Of a stretch of 64,000 nt of DNA, positions 11,741 through 25,111 are shown in pieces. The DNA is from Bugula neritina (taxonomy: Eukaryota; Animalia; Bryozoa): the NCBI GenBank assembly GCA_964035545.1, contig OZ037770.1, forward strand, positions 12,080,642-12,144,641. Direction: 5' to 3'. Positions within the stretch are counted from its first letter, which is position 1; every line of letters begins with the position of its first letter. The translations under genes and the position numbers were made by a program. Under the pieces are notes generated by a model. The model had not been told where the DNA came from. It did not search any database and worked only from the letters and a program-made list of their open reading frames with translations.

Positions 11741-12743
11741 AATATTGAATTCAAATTTTTACATTAAGAAAATCAACGTGTTAAACACAACGTAAAACGT
11801 AACGAAAACATAGCATTGGCTTTGGTGTTATATAGGTTTGTAAGTGTTATTAAATATATAAAAAAACATAATGTAAAAACACAATTTATATAGTAGATGA
11901 AGTTATTGTTAGGTGGTTATAGTCTGTGAGCATTTAGATATTATTTACTATAGTACATTAAATATAAAACATAAAACTACTATATATATATACTAAAGAA
12001 CATGCAGCCTGCACTTACAGTTATTGGGGCTCCATTGTTTAGCAATTCTTAAGAATTATGGATAAAGTAGTTTGAACATTACTCATATATAGTATAGCTC
12101 CCCGCTAAAACTAAAGTTTACAAAGTGGTTCTTGCCACTACAAAATGTTCATTTAGAGGCCCTCACTCCAAAAAGGTTGGACCCCCCCCCCCCCCTCCAG
12201 TCTAACCATTAAATCACGGCTGCTTTCCTAATTATTATAATATATTGGATTTTTTGAGCAAAAATCAGTTATACACACGATTTAAAAGTTTTACTAAAAA
12301 TTTTACTCAACACCATTTGATTTTAGCTTTCAGTGAATACTATCACTTTTAGGGTGATTTAATGGGATTGTCTGCTTCTGTCATGTTTATACGAGGAGAT
12401 AATTACTCAACTCTACATTGTTTTTAATGTTATTTAAGAAATTTGTTTAAGCTGTATTCTTTTTACTCTAAAAGCAAATGCTATTATTAGTATATACTTT
12501 ATTTATTGACTTGTTACAAAAATATTATTATTTTAGCAATACTGTTAGTTTATTTTCCAAAAATCGCATAAAATAAATTTATTAGGAAAAACCACTAAAA
12601 ACTAAAGAAATATAAAATATGTGCAAATTTTCTCTCCTCTTTATTTGTAGTGCAAGGGTGTGTCTTGAGATAACTAAATTAATTCAAGTCAAGTTGAGGT
12701 ACACTCTAACAATCTTTTGTGGTCTCTTCCGAAGGGTGCTGGG

Positions 12744-15646
12744 TCAGTAAGAAGTTGTATAGGTGTCTGGTTCAGATCCCATTTCCTAAAATAAACATCC
12801 AAATGATGAAATATGCAATACGATGTGCACTTATTTAAAATATTAGAACTATTCAATTAAGTTTAGACTAAATCTATTATATAAAACACATAAATAATAG
12901 TTGAAGAAACCCTAATATTATATAACAAAATTGATTTTAATCAATTATTACTAATTGATTTATTTCAAGCATCTAATGCCAGGGACATCTAATACTAGTA
13001 ACACTTTGTCATTTTTTTTCTGCCGATTCACCATACTTACTTTTAAGTCTAAAACCATTGAGCGCTCATCATTAAATCATTAAAATATGCCAATTATTCA
13101 TTAGAATAAGTTGCTGTCTTGTGCATCTATAGAGCTTTACACCATTTAACTTTGCATAAAATTTCAAACAGTATTCTATAGTATTACCATCGCAAGTGAA
13201 TACTATCTTTTACAAAGTTTACTGTACACTTGCTTAAACTTCCCACAACTTTCCTCCTTAAATTAATGAGTTCAAAAGTAAACTTACAACTGAGTATTTC
13301 CATCTCTCATCTACCTTTATACAAAACTCCTGCCAACATGCTTGTCTGAAAGCATTGCTTTAACTGCTGTCTTACTAAGAGCACACTTCTTATGTATAAC
13401 TCTATCAGCTGAATATTATGTTATCTATAGCTACTAAATTGGGTGACTAAGAAAGTTACTCAAAAATTTAATCGTCACCATTTTGGAAATTGGACTTACA
13501 GGGTTTGTTTATATGAGTCATGGAATACATTTTTGTTTCCTTAAGATAAGCACTTGTATAATTCGAGTCCCAATTTTTCACTTCCCTTTATAAAATATGT
13601 AAACAATGATAACGCTTAAGCAGTGATATTGATATAATATCAATAGAAAATTCCAAAAGGCTATTGCCATTGTCGAAGTATGCAACAAATGTAGCTTTGC
13701 ACATCACCTACGTTTAGTCTCATGTTTGGAGCAGTTTGACTCTACATCAGTGCAGGCTGAAATTTGTGTTTTGTACACTCTAGCTGATTTGTACACATAC
13801 AGTGTACATGTATGACTTAAATTTATTTTACAAAACTGTAAGACTCAGGGGTTGCAAAGTGCTGCACAGTTCAAGCTATAATTAGTAGCAGCTTCATTTG
13901 AATAATATTGATCAATTCACTTATAATGTATCAATGATAGTTTAGCGAAGCATTTCAAAATTTTGCAAAATTTATCGCTTAAATAATTGTATTTTAGCAG
14001 TCATTCATCAAAAATGAAGCATAAGATTAGGAAAAATTGCTTTTCTAGAGATGCTCATAAGGTTTGGAAATATTTTGTCATACTGTATTGCTTAAAGCTA
14101 TAATAATATTACAGCTATTATGTGCAGTAACATCTACTAAATCAGGGAAAGATCCTAATTTGTATAAATAATTATTGTTTCAAAATCTTAAAAGATGGAA
14201 CTAATGCATGAGTTATCAACTAAATATATTTATTGTAGGTTATTAAGGTGCCTGAAATTGTAAGTGCCTGCTTCTATTCCTAAAAACCTTCTCTAAAGTC
14301 ACAAGTTTTCCTCTCTAATTTGTTTTCAAATCAAGTATTGAAATACTGCAACTTGTCACTCTCAGCAGGGCACCTCCCCTTTTTCTTTTGGTCTTCTTAA
14401 CCATCTTTCTTTAACCATCTGATTCCTTTCCTTGTTTAGTTGAGTTATCACTTCTTCCAGAGCTGACTTCTGATAACTCTTAACTTTAAGTTCTTTAAAT
14501 GCCTCTCTAGTTTTAGTTTACCTTATTTTGATGACCCCTTGACCTGTCTCAATTGATGACAAAAGTTTAGGTTTTTGTTAGCATCTACCAATTACATCAT
14601 CAAAAAGCTTTTGGAGTGTTCACAGCTGTCATCTTGTTTTAAAACAATTTTGTTATATTTATTTGGAGTAAAGTAGTGCATTTGATTCAGGCATGTTAGG
14701 TGACTTTTTTATTGACTCAAGGGCTTACCTGGTTAGGTTTTCCCATTTGAGTAACTCTTTATAAAGGTCGAGAAGTCATACATCAACTGAATCATTCTGT
14801 AAGCAGCTCCAAGCTGTGGGTGATTGAGTGCAATAGTTTAGAATTATCAAGTTTGGAATTTAAGGTTCCAAGTTCCAACTCAGAGCTGCTTATAGAACAA
14901 TTCACACCAAACATGCGTTTCAAAGTTCATATTATGTAGATGCCTTTAATATTATCTTGCTGCTTAAAACTGTTTATTTCTGAATAAGTACTTAATAGCT
15001 TATTGCATATACAGTTGTACGTGTCACAATTAGCCTAGGGCCACACGGTGCGTATTTTCGCATGCGAAAATTGAAACCACAAGTAGCAAAGGCGTCCACT
15101 GTAGCGTCAGTGATGCGTGATAAATAAAGCTTTCATTTTTAAATCGCACTCGCTTTCAATAAAACGCAATTTACTGGAATTTAGCACTAAAATAAAGAAA
15201 TTGGGCTCGCTTAATAACTACCAGTCAATTAGGTGACGACGACAGAGACGATTCGCACTTGCGTTGAAAATGCAGAGCGACAAGTGCGAATGTTTTCTCA
15301 ACGCGCACAGTGGACACCTTTGCTACTTGTGATTTCAATTTTCGCATGCGAAAATACGCACAGTGTGGCCCTAGGCTTAATATGTAATCCCTTTAAACAT
15401 ATATGCATGGTATTGTGAAACAGCTGAAAGTCTTTAGTTATTTGGTTATTTCTGATGACTCATAAAGAGATCACACCTGATGCAACACATGTAACAGACT
15501 TAGACTCTTTGACTATAGATGGAGCTGTAAATTCTGTAAGTGCCAGTATTTTAATGTGTATTATACTGCTATTGTCTCCCAAACTTACAATAAAGCATCT
15601 ATATGTGAACTAAAACAAATTATACACGCACACGCACACACACACA

Positions 15647-15727
<81 letters not shown>

Positions 15728-18700
15728 CAGCTACCTATACTTTTATTTACAATGCACGACATTCCTTATTTTTCCCAATATTAGTGCCCATTTCCTACAT
15801 ATGCAACGATTTTCACCGTAACCTGTACATGGAAATTATATCATATTTTTCGTCATCATACATAACTTTGATAACCATAGTTTTAGTGTGCTGTCAATGA
15901 AAACAATTTGAATACTTCTAATTTGTCAAATGTCAACTTTTATTTTGTTCTTTTTGTTTAAGCTAAAGGAAACATAATTTGTCAACCTAGCTAATATCCT
16001 CAACTAGTTTGTTTTTTTTTCTTTTGTAGATTTGCCGAACAGCTTTATAGGTGAGTAAAGAAACATAACAGCCATCATACCAGTCACCGGTCAACGTAGC
16101 AAAGCCTGTATCAACATCAAATTTAAACTAATTTAAGCAATTTCCGCTATTTGTTTTAGAATTATTTACAAGCAATATATTACAATTTTTTGTACCACAC
16201 TTGCTCTACCTATTAGCTAAATAGACCTATGCTAAATCTGTTATAGTTTATTGTTTATATATTATATGATTCATCTTCTGCAGTTTCAATCAAACAAACT
16301 AAAATAAAAAAAACATTAAAACAAACAAAACTAAAAAATTGGTTAAATATTCATATACTTATTAAAATATTCAATTCGTAAGTTGAGTAGAATTATAGTC
16401 AAAATATTAAATAGTTTGTTCAGTTTTCCATAGCAGCCTGTGATTCTCCTGTTTTTCCCAAGTCCTGTAATATGGTAAAAACATGAACCAAATTTGTTAT
16501 TATCTTTATACTGATTATCATTACTGTTGGTATAAACACACTTAGATATCTAGTCTTGTGAGTTCTTAAATGTTCTGTGCAACTGTCTGAAATTCATCGA
16601 CAATTAGAAGATATTTTATCAAAATTGATTAAAATTTAGAAGCAAATCAGCACTATTTATCTTTAAAACCATATTTTATTTCTGTGCAGCTCAGATTTAT
16701 CAGTTTAAAGTGATCAGTTATTATATTAGGCCATTTAGCACATTAATTGTCCATAAAATTGAAGCAAAAGTCTACTCATTGTTTTGAAAACTTTCAAGTC
16801 AAAGTTTAAGAAGAACACCTTGTTGTGAAGCAATTGGTAATTAGTTGCTGGTGGCACATAGTAATTTTGTACCAATAACTAATAACTAATAAAACATAAT
16901 TAATATTGTTAAAATAATTAATGGCAGCTTATTGATTCAATTAATGTGATTAAGAAACTTACCTCTACAACTATGCCTATCTCTTCCAAGATGTCCCTTA
17001 GATAAATAACGTGTTGTTCTGCTGGTAGCCATTCCAATTGTTCTATCAGCTTATCAGTTATTGGTCTGCTAATTTCAACAAGGTCTTTAACAGTTTTTTT
17101 AACTTCCTTCGCATGGAATATGGAATCCCAAAAAATTTGTCGAAGATAATCCTTTTCTTCTCTCAAAGTTCTAAAACATAATGAAAGCCTAAACTCAATA
17201 CTTGCAACTAATATTTTGATTAAAGACCATTGACATTATGCGTATACATATTTTGCATAAATGAAATAACATTCAAAGGTAAACAAAATAGACAATATGT
17301 TTAAAGACACCAAATTTAAAAATAAACCATTGCTAATTCATACTTTGCAGTGTTCTCAGATTTTGCCAACGCATCTTCTAGTTCTTTTTGTTTGTTTTGA
17401 CTTTTTTGTCTTTCTGAATTCAGAACAAGAATTGACTGCATAAGTTCTTTTTCTTTTTCCTCTTGGTAGCGAAGTCTTTCATTTAGGCTATCTACCGAGT
17501 CAAGTTTTTTTGATTTAGCGTTATTTAAAGCATTTTTCAGCTTTGCAATTTCATCGTAGCAAAGAGCCAGTTCCCATTGTTTGTCAGCTTGGCGTCTCGT
17601 AAATTTCTCATCTTCATCTAATAGCTTTTTCAGATCATTTTTATTTGGTTCTCTTCTTTCCGCAACCACATTCAGCAATCTGCACATAAAATTAACCGCA
17701 AAATAGAGCATGAATTTAGTAGAGTATTTAACGTAGATTGGACTGGAGCATTTTTTCACCTATAACTTAAGCAGCTGCTATAATAGTGCAAATAAATTAC
17801 ATTTAAAATATACATTTAAAGCGTTAATAATCTACACACGAATGATGTTTTGTTATTAAGGTAAAGTAAAATCATATAAACTTATATTGAAAGTTAATCG
17901 CTAAAAAGTGCCAGAGGCATCAATGTATAACTTTGCTTAGCATGGGTTTATAATTTATAGTTTGGCATCTAAATCTGGATTACATGCAGTCATTTTATTT
18001 TGTAAACATAAACTGACCAGTCCCTACCGACTTTCTGTGCACTTGCTGCCAATGAACAGATTTAAAATAGGAAATTCATTAAGCCCTTAAATCTAATCAA
18101 CACTGATATATGTTTTACTTTACAACTGTATAATTATATATGCTCGAGGTATAGAATTTGCACCTTAATATTCAAGCTAATATAAGAAATAAAACAAAAA
18201 GTAGGACGGGCAACTTGCATTTGATAACTAAAAAGCTAAGAACATGGCTTTCTGGATACATGAATTTTTTATAGCAGCATAATTTGTAGTTAGTACAATT
18301 TAATTATTTGGAGAACTTTATATCGGCAAACTATAGCAATTCAAAAAGAGCAGGCTGTCTATATAGCAAGACCCCTAATGTTAGCATCTTTTTTAAATAT
18401 TATATTTTGTGGTTTTTAGTTTTTTAGGTTGATTAGCATACAATTGAAACAATTAACATTTTCTTCTTAAGTTTTAGTTTTAACAAATATATCACATTTT
18501 ATCAATACTTTGTAGGCTAACTATTTACTTTGAGCAACTTTGTTTTGAAATCTCTAATGCATCATATGCACATAACCGCTAAACAAGATTATGCTAGACA
18601 CTTACTGGTCTTGATAAGAAAATATTTCTGCTGTAGTCTTCGAATAGGCAACTATATCTCCAAATTTTTCTTTCTATAAATTATAAAGTATGTTTGGATT

Positions 18701-19421
18701 TATGTTAGGGTTTTTAAAGGATACTGGAATTTTTCTGCAATAAATAATTATTTCGTATATGTTGCGATTGTACAAGCATAAAAATTACCATCCAAGGTTG
18801 AAAAGGAAAAAAGTACTCAAAACTAATTGTTGATACAATCTCCTTGTAGCTTTTTTCCAATCTTAGTTTTTCAGCTTCATTCATTGTTGCCTGGCTTAAA
18901 ATTTGAGACGCTATATTCAAATTGACTTCGAAGGTTTCATCTAGTATGTATTGTGATGCATGGGGAATTAGTTGTTGAAGCCTTACACCAAATAGAGAAA
19001 CGATTAGATTTACTAGCTCTACAATGAGTGCCTTCATGCATTCTGCTTTATCACCAAAACAATCGCCACCTTTAAGAGCTTCATCTAAAAGCTTATAAAA
19101 CTTAGGATTTCTAGTCAAGAAGAGTTTTTGAATTTGCTTTTCTTTGGCTTTTGCACTGGAAACCACATCAGCCAAAAAAGTTTCAAGATCACCAGATTTG
19201 ATTGGTTTAATTAATTCTTGCAAAAGAGAGTATATGTCTTCTTGTTTTATGGTAAGTTCATAGCCAAAGTTGTCAAGTGCTGACCTCACTTCCGCAATGT
19301 TGTAACCAGCAACACTATTGAATGCAATTATTTGTTCAAGTAACGTTGCCAGTCGGGCATCAATAAGCCTACGGAACAAGTAGTTTTCTGACTGGTAGCC
19401 CTCTTGATCCTGCTGCATCAT
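12744..19421 (-). CDS. Uncharacterised array gene B, paralog of gene A, about 428 aa
   Basis: Exons 19421-18789 (633 nt, phase 0), 18673-18606 (68, phase 2), 17679-17344 (336, phase 2), 17170-16963 (208, phase 0), 12785-12744 (last exon, shortened by a 2-nt insertion). Shares ATLLxQI, SLFGV and FFPFQP motifs with gene A. Confidence 0.8.
15033..15376. mobile_element. PIF/Harbinger-type (Tourist-like) MITE in gene B intron 5
   Basis: About 70-bp near-perfect TIRs (GCCTAGGGCCACACGGTGCGTATTTTCGCATGCGAAAATTG...) with TTA on both sides (15030-15032, 15377-15379). Confidence 0.9.
15650..15724. repeat. (TA)n microsatellite
   Basis: Directly visible. Confidence 0.95.
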
Positions 19422-20575
19422 GTCTACAAACAGTTTAATTTCTTTTACCAACTTTCAAAAAACCACTAAGTTCATCCAAGTAGTTAGAAAATTTATCATC
19501 TCATTAAATTTTTAAAATTAAACACAAGCAGACAATTGTATAACATTGTGGTTTGTATTCGAAACCAATATCAGTTTTTTAGGTGTAAAAATATTTATAT
19601 CAACTTTAATTTGGCCAACCTAAATACTAAATTAACTAAAGAGAAGAAAATAGGCAAAAATTATAACATGAGTTTTAAAACCACTTCTTATAAAAGAAAC
19701 CATGCACTGACTTATGTAAAATCATTTGTGCAATTGGCTGAGCAGTGAATGGTAACCTAATGAGACTTTTAGAACATGCAAAAATTTGCACTATACACCG
19801 TTTGACTGATTATTGTGTTGTTTTTTTATGACCAGCCATATCTTATGCTGTGTGCAAACAGCATGGATCCAGTTTTAGTACTAATTAGTGTATTATAGGC
19901 TAACAAATCTGTAAATTTATATTAGAACTAGATATTCTGTCTACAGCATATTGGACCACCAGTCTCCATGTTGAAACTTTGTAAATCGATTGCACGCATT
20001 ATTTTGATTTAGCCACAGCACAACAAGGGAGCACATGTTTGTTCTCTACATGTGAGCTCCTGTTCTACTACACTATAATGAAGGAATCTAGCAAGTTGCC
20101 TAGAGGCAATATTATGGGAAAAAAATTATTGTTTCATATAATTATATATTGCTCTTATCTCCATACGCCTGTGCACCATCATGTTGTCCAAATATGATTT
20201 TATGAAAGCTATAGGTCTTGTTAAGTACTTCCTTCTTATTTATCTGAAAATTATGGTGTTGGACTATTCTAGTAAATAATTATATTTCATTATAAATATC
20301 TTCTGATTCTACATGTTTTTCATGTGACAGCGACAAATTGGTTCTTATAAACTGCTCTATTCCTAGATGAGTCCCCATAACAATTTCAACAATAGTGCTT
20401 ACTTTTAATAATCAAAGCTTTAGAGTTTAGACCAAATTACTTCAGATTTTTATAATTATTTTTATCAATGCAGCAATTAGCAGCTTACAGATAATTATAC
20501 CATCAATTTGATTTAAGAAATAGTTGCATAGCCAGCTACTTGCTTTTTAATTTAATACCAAAATGCTAAAATTAA

Positions 20576-21092
20576 GGTGTCATCCCAGATAGACGCTAGG
20601 CCAAATTTCCCACTTAGGCTAAACACTTGCCAGTTAGAAGCTAATTTTTATTTTGGTACCATAATAATGTATATACCTGCGTAACTATTGTATTTATTGC
20701 TCAATAGCTAATATGCTAATAGCTATAACAGCTAATATAAAGTATCTGGAATAATAGTCAGCTTTTCATGAATTTTTGTGGGGCAAAAAACAGTAAAACA
20801 ATAATAAGGGATATTATTTTTAATGAATACTTATTAACGAAGTAGTTTTTCAAGCAGCAAGAAGTATAGAATATACAAAATTAATAAGTTAATGTAGATC
20901 ACTTGAATTCATTTATGTGCTAGATAACACAAATTTGATCCAATTCTTTTAAATACACATACATTTCAATAATATTCAAATAAATTGCACGTACAATATA
21001 TATTGTACTAAAATAAATAAATATAGCCTCCATCTGAGAAGCGTCTATCTGGGAAATTTAGCCTATAAGTGTCTATAATCTGGGATGAGACC
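20576..21092. mobile_element. MITE with imperfect TIRs in gene B intron 1
   Basis: Left GGTGTCATCCCAGATAGACGCTAGGCCAAATTTCCCA is the imperfect reverse complement of right TGGGAAATTTAGCCTA..TCTGGGATGAGACC; absent from the homologous gene A intron. Confidence 0.7.
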
Positions 21093-21999
21093 AAAATTAA
21101 CCATAAATCCTTGATGATGTACAACTTCAAATACAACAACATATATAGGCTATAAATTACACCGCTAGTCAATTTTTGTCAGGTTTATGATAACTATACA
21201 GTATATTGGACAAAAAATGTTCATGTAGCAATGATTTTCCTGGCTTAATGTCTTTTTTTAGTTTTTTAGTTTATAAATATAGTTGCTATATGAGAAGCCT
21301 ATATAAACTGACTGACTCTAGCTGTAATTGCAGTTCCCCAGCACTTTATATGCTTTTTAAAATAGAAAATACCAAGAAAATCCTAATATAACTAATCTAA
21401 TCATGGCCAAAAGCCCTTAATTAATAACTATGTAATAAACAAAATAGAACGATTGCCAAAAGTTTATGGCAAACCTTGCAGGAAAACCCAAGCAAGCCCA
21501 AAGAGTATGTAATTTTAAACTTAGAGGGTTAATACAGCAAACACCATGCATATATCTAAGGTTACGGTTGTCCTAAGGTTGTCCTATTGGTACAGCTGAT
21601 GCTCTAACACTAATAATCGAAATATTTTCATTGTTTAAACATTTTGTCATGACTACAAACTAAATTCTCACTGTGCTTCTATACACTTTATGACAAAAAT
21701 TTCAATTATGACAACGATGGCTAAATTTCTATCAACGAGACTTTAAAATTTAAACTGATAGGAAATTGTGCTGTGAAAAAGAAGAGTCAAATTAATACAC
21801 AATATGTTCCACACAAGTGTTTTGTTTACAAACTATTGTACAAAAAATGAATGCTTTAAGCTCTCCGACATAGCTTTCTTTTTATTTGATCATTAGGCTA
21901 TTGCAAAATATAATATGTCCTGTATTTAACTTTTTAGCAAATATCTCTAATATCTATAGTGCGCTTTGTATCACAGATCCTAGAAATATTCTTTAAAAT

Positions 22000-23350
22000 A
22001 GACTGAAATATTGCAACATGTTTCTGTGAACCTAGATGCCATAGCCTTACTGCAAGATGATTATATAGGCTACAATGGGGAGGGTTACAACACTTGAGCA
22101 ATTTGGCGCAATTCCTCACTCAAATTTAATAATATATCAAGATAGTGTATGGCTGCAAAATGGTGGACAATTGGCAGTCTCTAGTTTAGCTATATTTTCA
22201 AATAATATTCTTTTAAAATAATATTTTATTTTAGTTAGTATAAGTTATATGGCTATTAAACAAACTATAATTTCTGAAAATTGGCTTTTTTTAGAAAATA
22301 ATCATTACTTCACTAATTATAATATTGCTGCAATAAAGAAATAAAAATTTCAACAACCCTTTTGTGCTCAGAGGATTCTGAAAGCATTAGTTGAGAAAAA
22401 ATGAATTTGCATAATTCTAAAAACATCAACAACAAATTAGTCAACGTTACAAAAAATTTTCATTTAAAGTAAAATTAATTGTATCAAACAGCCTGGTAGT
22501 ACCTAAAGGTAACTGAAAGTTTTTTGGTATTGTATAGTAACACTACATAGTAATTTGTGCTAACTCAACTTTTATGAAGTCGAGAGCAACAAAAGAAAGC
22601 TAAAAATAAATTACTTTGTAGTGCCATCCAAAAGTGTGTAAATTTAAACTATTTTACAAGGCAAGTACTATAGCAGTGCCAACTATTTGTATTAAATAGT
22701 ATAGAAGCAGCAAGGGAATGTTTTAGTAGGTTATCACACAGATCTATTGACTGATTTATTATTGAATCTTACATAAGTATACATAATAAAACATAGTAAA
22801 CAATAATAATAATATATCCTGTGGCTGACTTGCCATGACTCTTGCAACAGAGGTAAAATAACGATACAGATGACAAAACAGCTTTCTTGTCCTGATTCAC
22901 TTAAGTACTAAAACATTACCCCACCTACTGGACATGATACAATTTTTCTGCAGATATTCAACAAAATTGTGTTTTGGTTTTCTATTACAGAGTTAAGTAA
23001 TAAAATATTATTTAAGTGATAATTTAAACTTACGTTGTGTGATCTGTATAACAAACAGGTATAGGTTTCTTCTTCAGTACTGCAGTTGTGAGATTCACAG
23101 TATGATGGTTGGGTATTTATACCATAAGTTGGAAGTTGTTGATTGGTTGAGTATTGACCAATAAAATATACTAATTTGCCATTGCATTATTTTCAACCCA
23201 TAGATTTTAGATGACACCCGAGTGAAACATATTGAAGTGTTCCATGTTATAGCAAATGACCTTTTATACTTTCCATCTTATAATTTATACCTTGTCATCA
23301 TTCCTTGTATTAAGTTTCAGTGCTCTAAATTTCCCATTTATATAACGGTA
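22000..23350. repeat. Duplicated promoter, exon 1 and 5' intron 1 block shared with gene A
   Basis: Aligns to about 7915-9310 at roughly 85% by eye. Confidence 0.9.
23034..23162 (-). promoter_or_regulatory. Promoter and non-coding exon 1 of gene B
   Basis: CCAAT boxes 23142-23146 and 23158-23162, TATAAATA 23114-23121, GTAAG donor 23029-23033; acceptor at 19424-19426, 2 nt before the ATG. Confidence 0.7.
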
Positions 23351-25111
23351 TGCTTATACTTCTCTCTACTTGTAATAAATTATACACCATTTCCTTGAAA
23401 ATACCTTATTTTATCCACAGTACAGTTAGAAGTTTAGCTTTATTTAAGTTATAAAATAGAAGATTCTAGATACAGGAATATAATATAGACTCAGGTTTGA
23501 GAATTGCTATGCAAGATTTTGAGCACATTTACAATTTAAAGTACTAACTTATTTTTACAGTTACATTGCTAAACTATTCCAACAATGAATGTATTTGTCA
23601 CGTATTTTTAACAGTGAAACTCTTTAATTCAGGAAAAATATCTTATTTGCTTCCAAATTTGTATGGCCATGAGGTATATTTTTTGAGTAGAGATATGATT
23701 TGATTTATAACTTTCTTGAACAGTAATAAGCATCAGTACAACAATTCACAAGGTTTGCTACTTTAGAAAAAATTATTTTGTAAAATTTATGTTTGAACCT
23801 TGTTTGCTATTCTAAAACAAAAAAACTCAGTTAAAAAAAGTGTTATTGCCAGCCTCCATTATGTTTCATATTTTTAAAGTAAAGTAACTGCTTGCGGAGG
23901 AGTTCCTTGATATCATCTTCTTTACTAAACCAGATGTGAGTGGACATTATCTTCCTCACTAAACTGGTTGCAAGTAGAAATTGGAAACTCATCATTGAAA
24001 ATGTTAAATAGTCACAATCCAGCAAAGTTAGGTTTCGGTTACCCACAATGCAATTTAATATGCATCTGTCAGGCATTGCTGTAAGTGCATGCATGTGTAA
24101 GAAATTAAGTCCCTTTGGAAAGAAGTAAATGAATTAATTGAAATGGGTTTATCTTTAATGTAGTTTTATGAACAAATCACACAATAAGTGCAAACATACT
24201 TTGGTCAGTTTGTTACAATTTTAATGCCGATAGGACAAATAAATTAATGACTGAACAAAAAATTAGTTTTAAATCAATTGATTAACTTGAAAATATTTTA
24301 GCAAGTGGTCATCTACATTGGTACTAATTATGCAAAAGAATATTGATATATGTAATTCAGTGCATCAGAGCACGATAACCAAAAAAACACAATGTTATTT
24401 GTATTTAATTCTATTTTATTGTTCCGAGGAATAGATTCGCTAAAACCTGGTAGCTCCACAATCTGCTAATTATTTTGTTTATAAGACAAATAAATAGAAG
24501 ATTGAACAAAAATAATGGCTTACAAGCCAGTCGATCAATTTGAAAACATTAATGCTACCAGTGCAAATGTTTATTTATATAATTCAGTGCGATTATTTGA
24601 TTTGCATATCTATTAAAACAACGCAGTGTAAGTTTCATATGCCGATTTAAAGAATACATTCATTCAAAGCTGGTATTATTAATGTCATGGCTTCAATCAA
24701 TGCCCTTGCACCAGCTCAAGTCGTGCTCTTTTTTGAAAAGGCATATCTCTGCTCACTGAAAACGCAGCTTTGTTGATTTAATGAGATAACAAAGTCAAAT
24801 ATTTGTGCAGCTTTAGCAACTTAGGTTATCTATATTATCATTTTCATTAGATGCAACATGATGTATTCCATATTTTGCTCATCTATATAGCTTAGGCATT
24901 ATAAAGCTGACAATCAAGTTACTGTTATTGTCCGTATGTTCATATAGCAATCATCAACATAAATTACAAATAAGAAGACTTCTGAGGTATTATTTTGTAA
25001 AACATATTATTTACAGCATAGCATTGTTCAATATTTACATTTCATAACAAATTCAATCAGTAAATAATCCAATGAGCAGTTCAGCTTTCCTTTAGCCTAA
25101 CTCTGTCACTA

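Noticed and set aside
15556-15900. 114-aa ORF with IYIYIY run
   Set aside because: Artefact of a (TA)n microsatellite.
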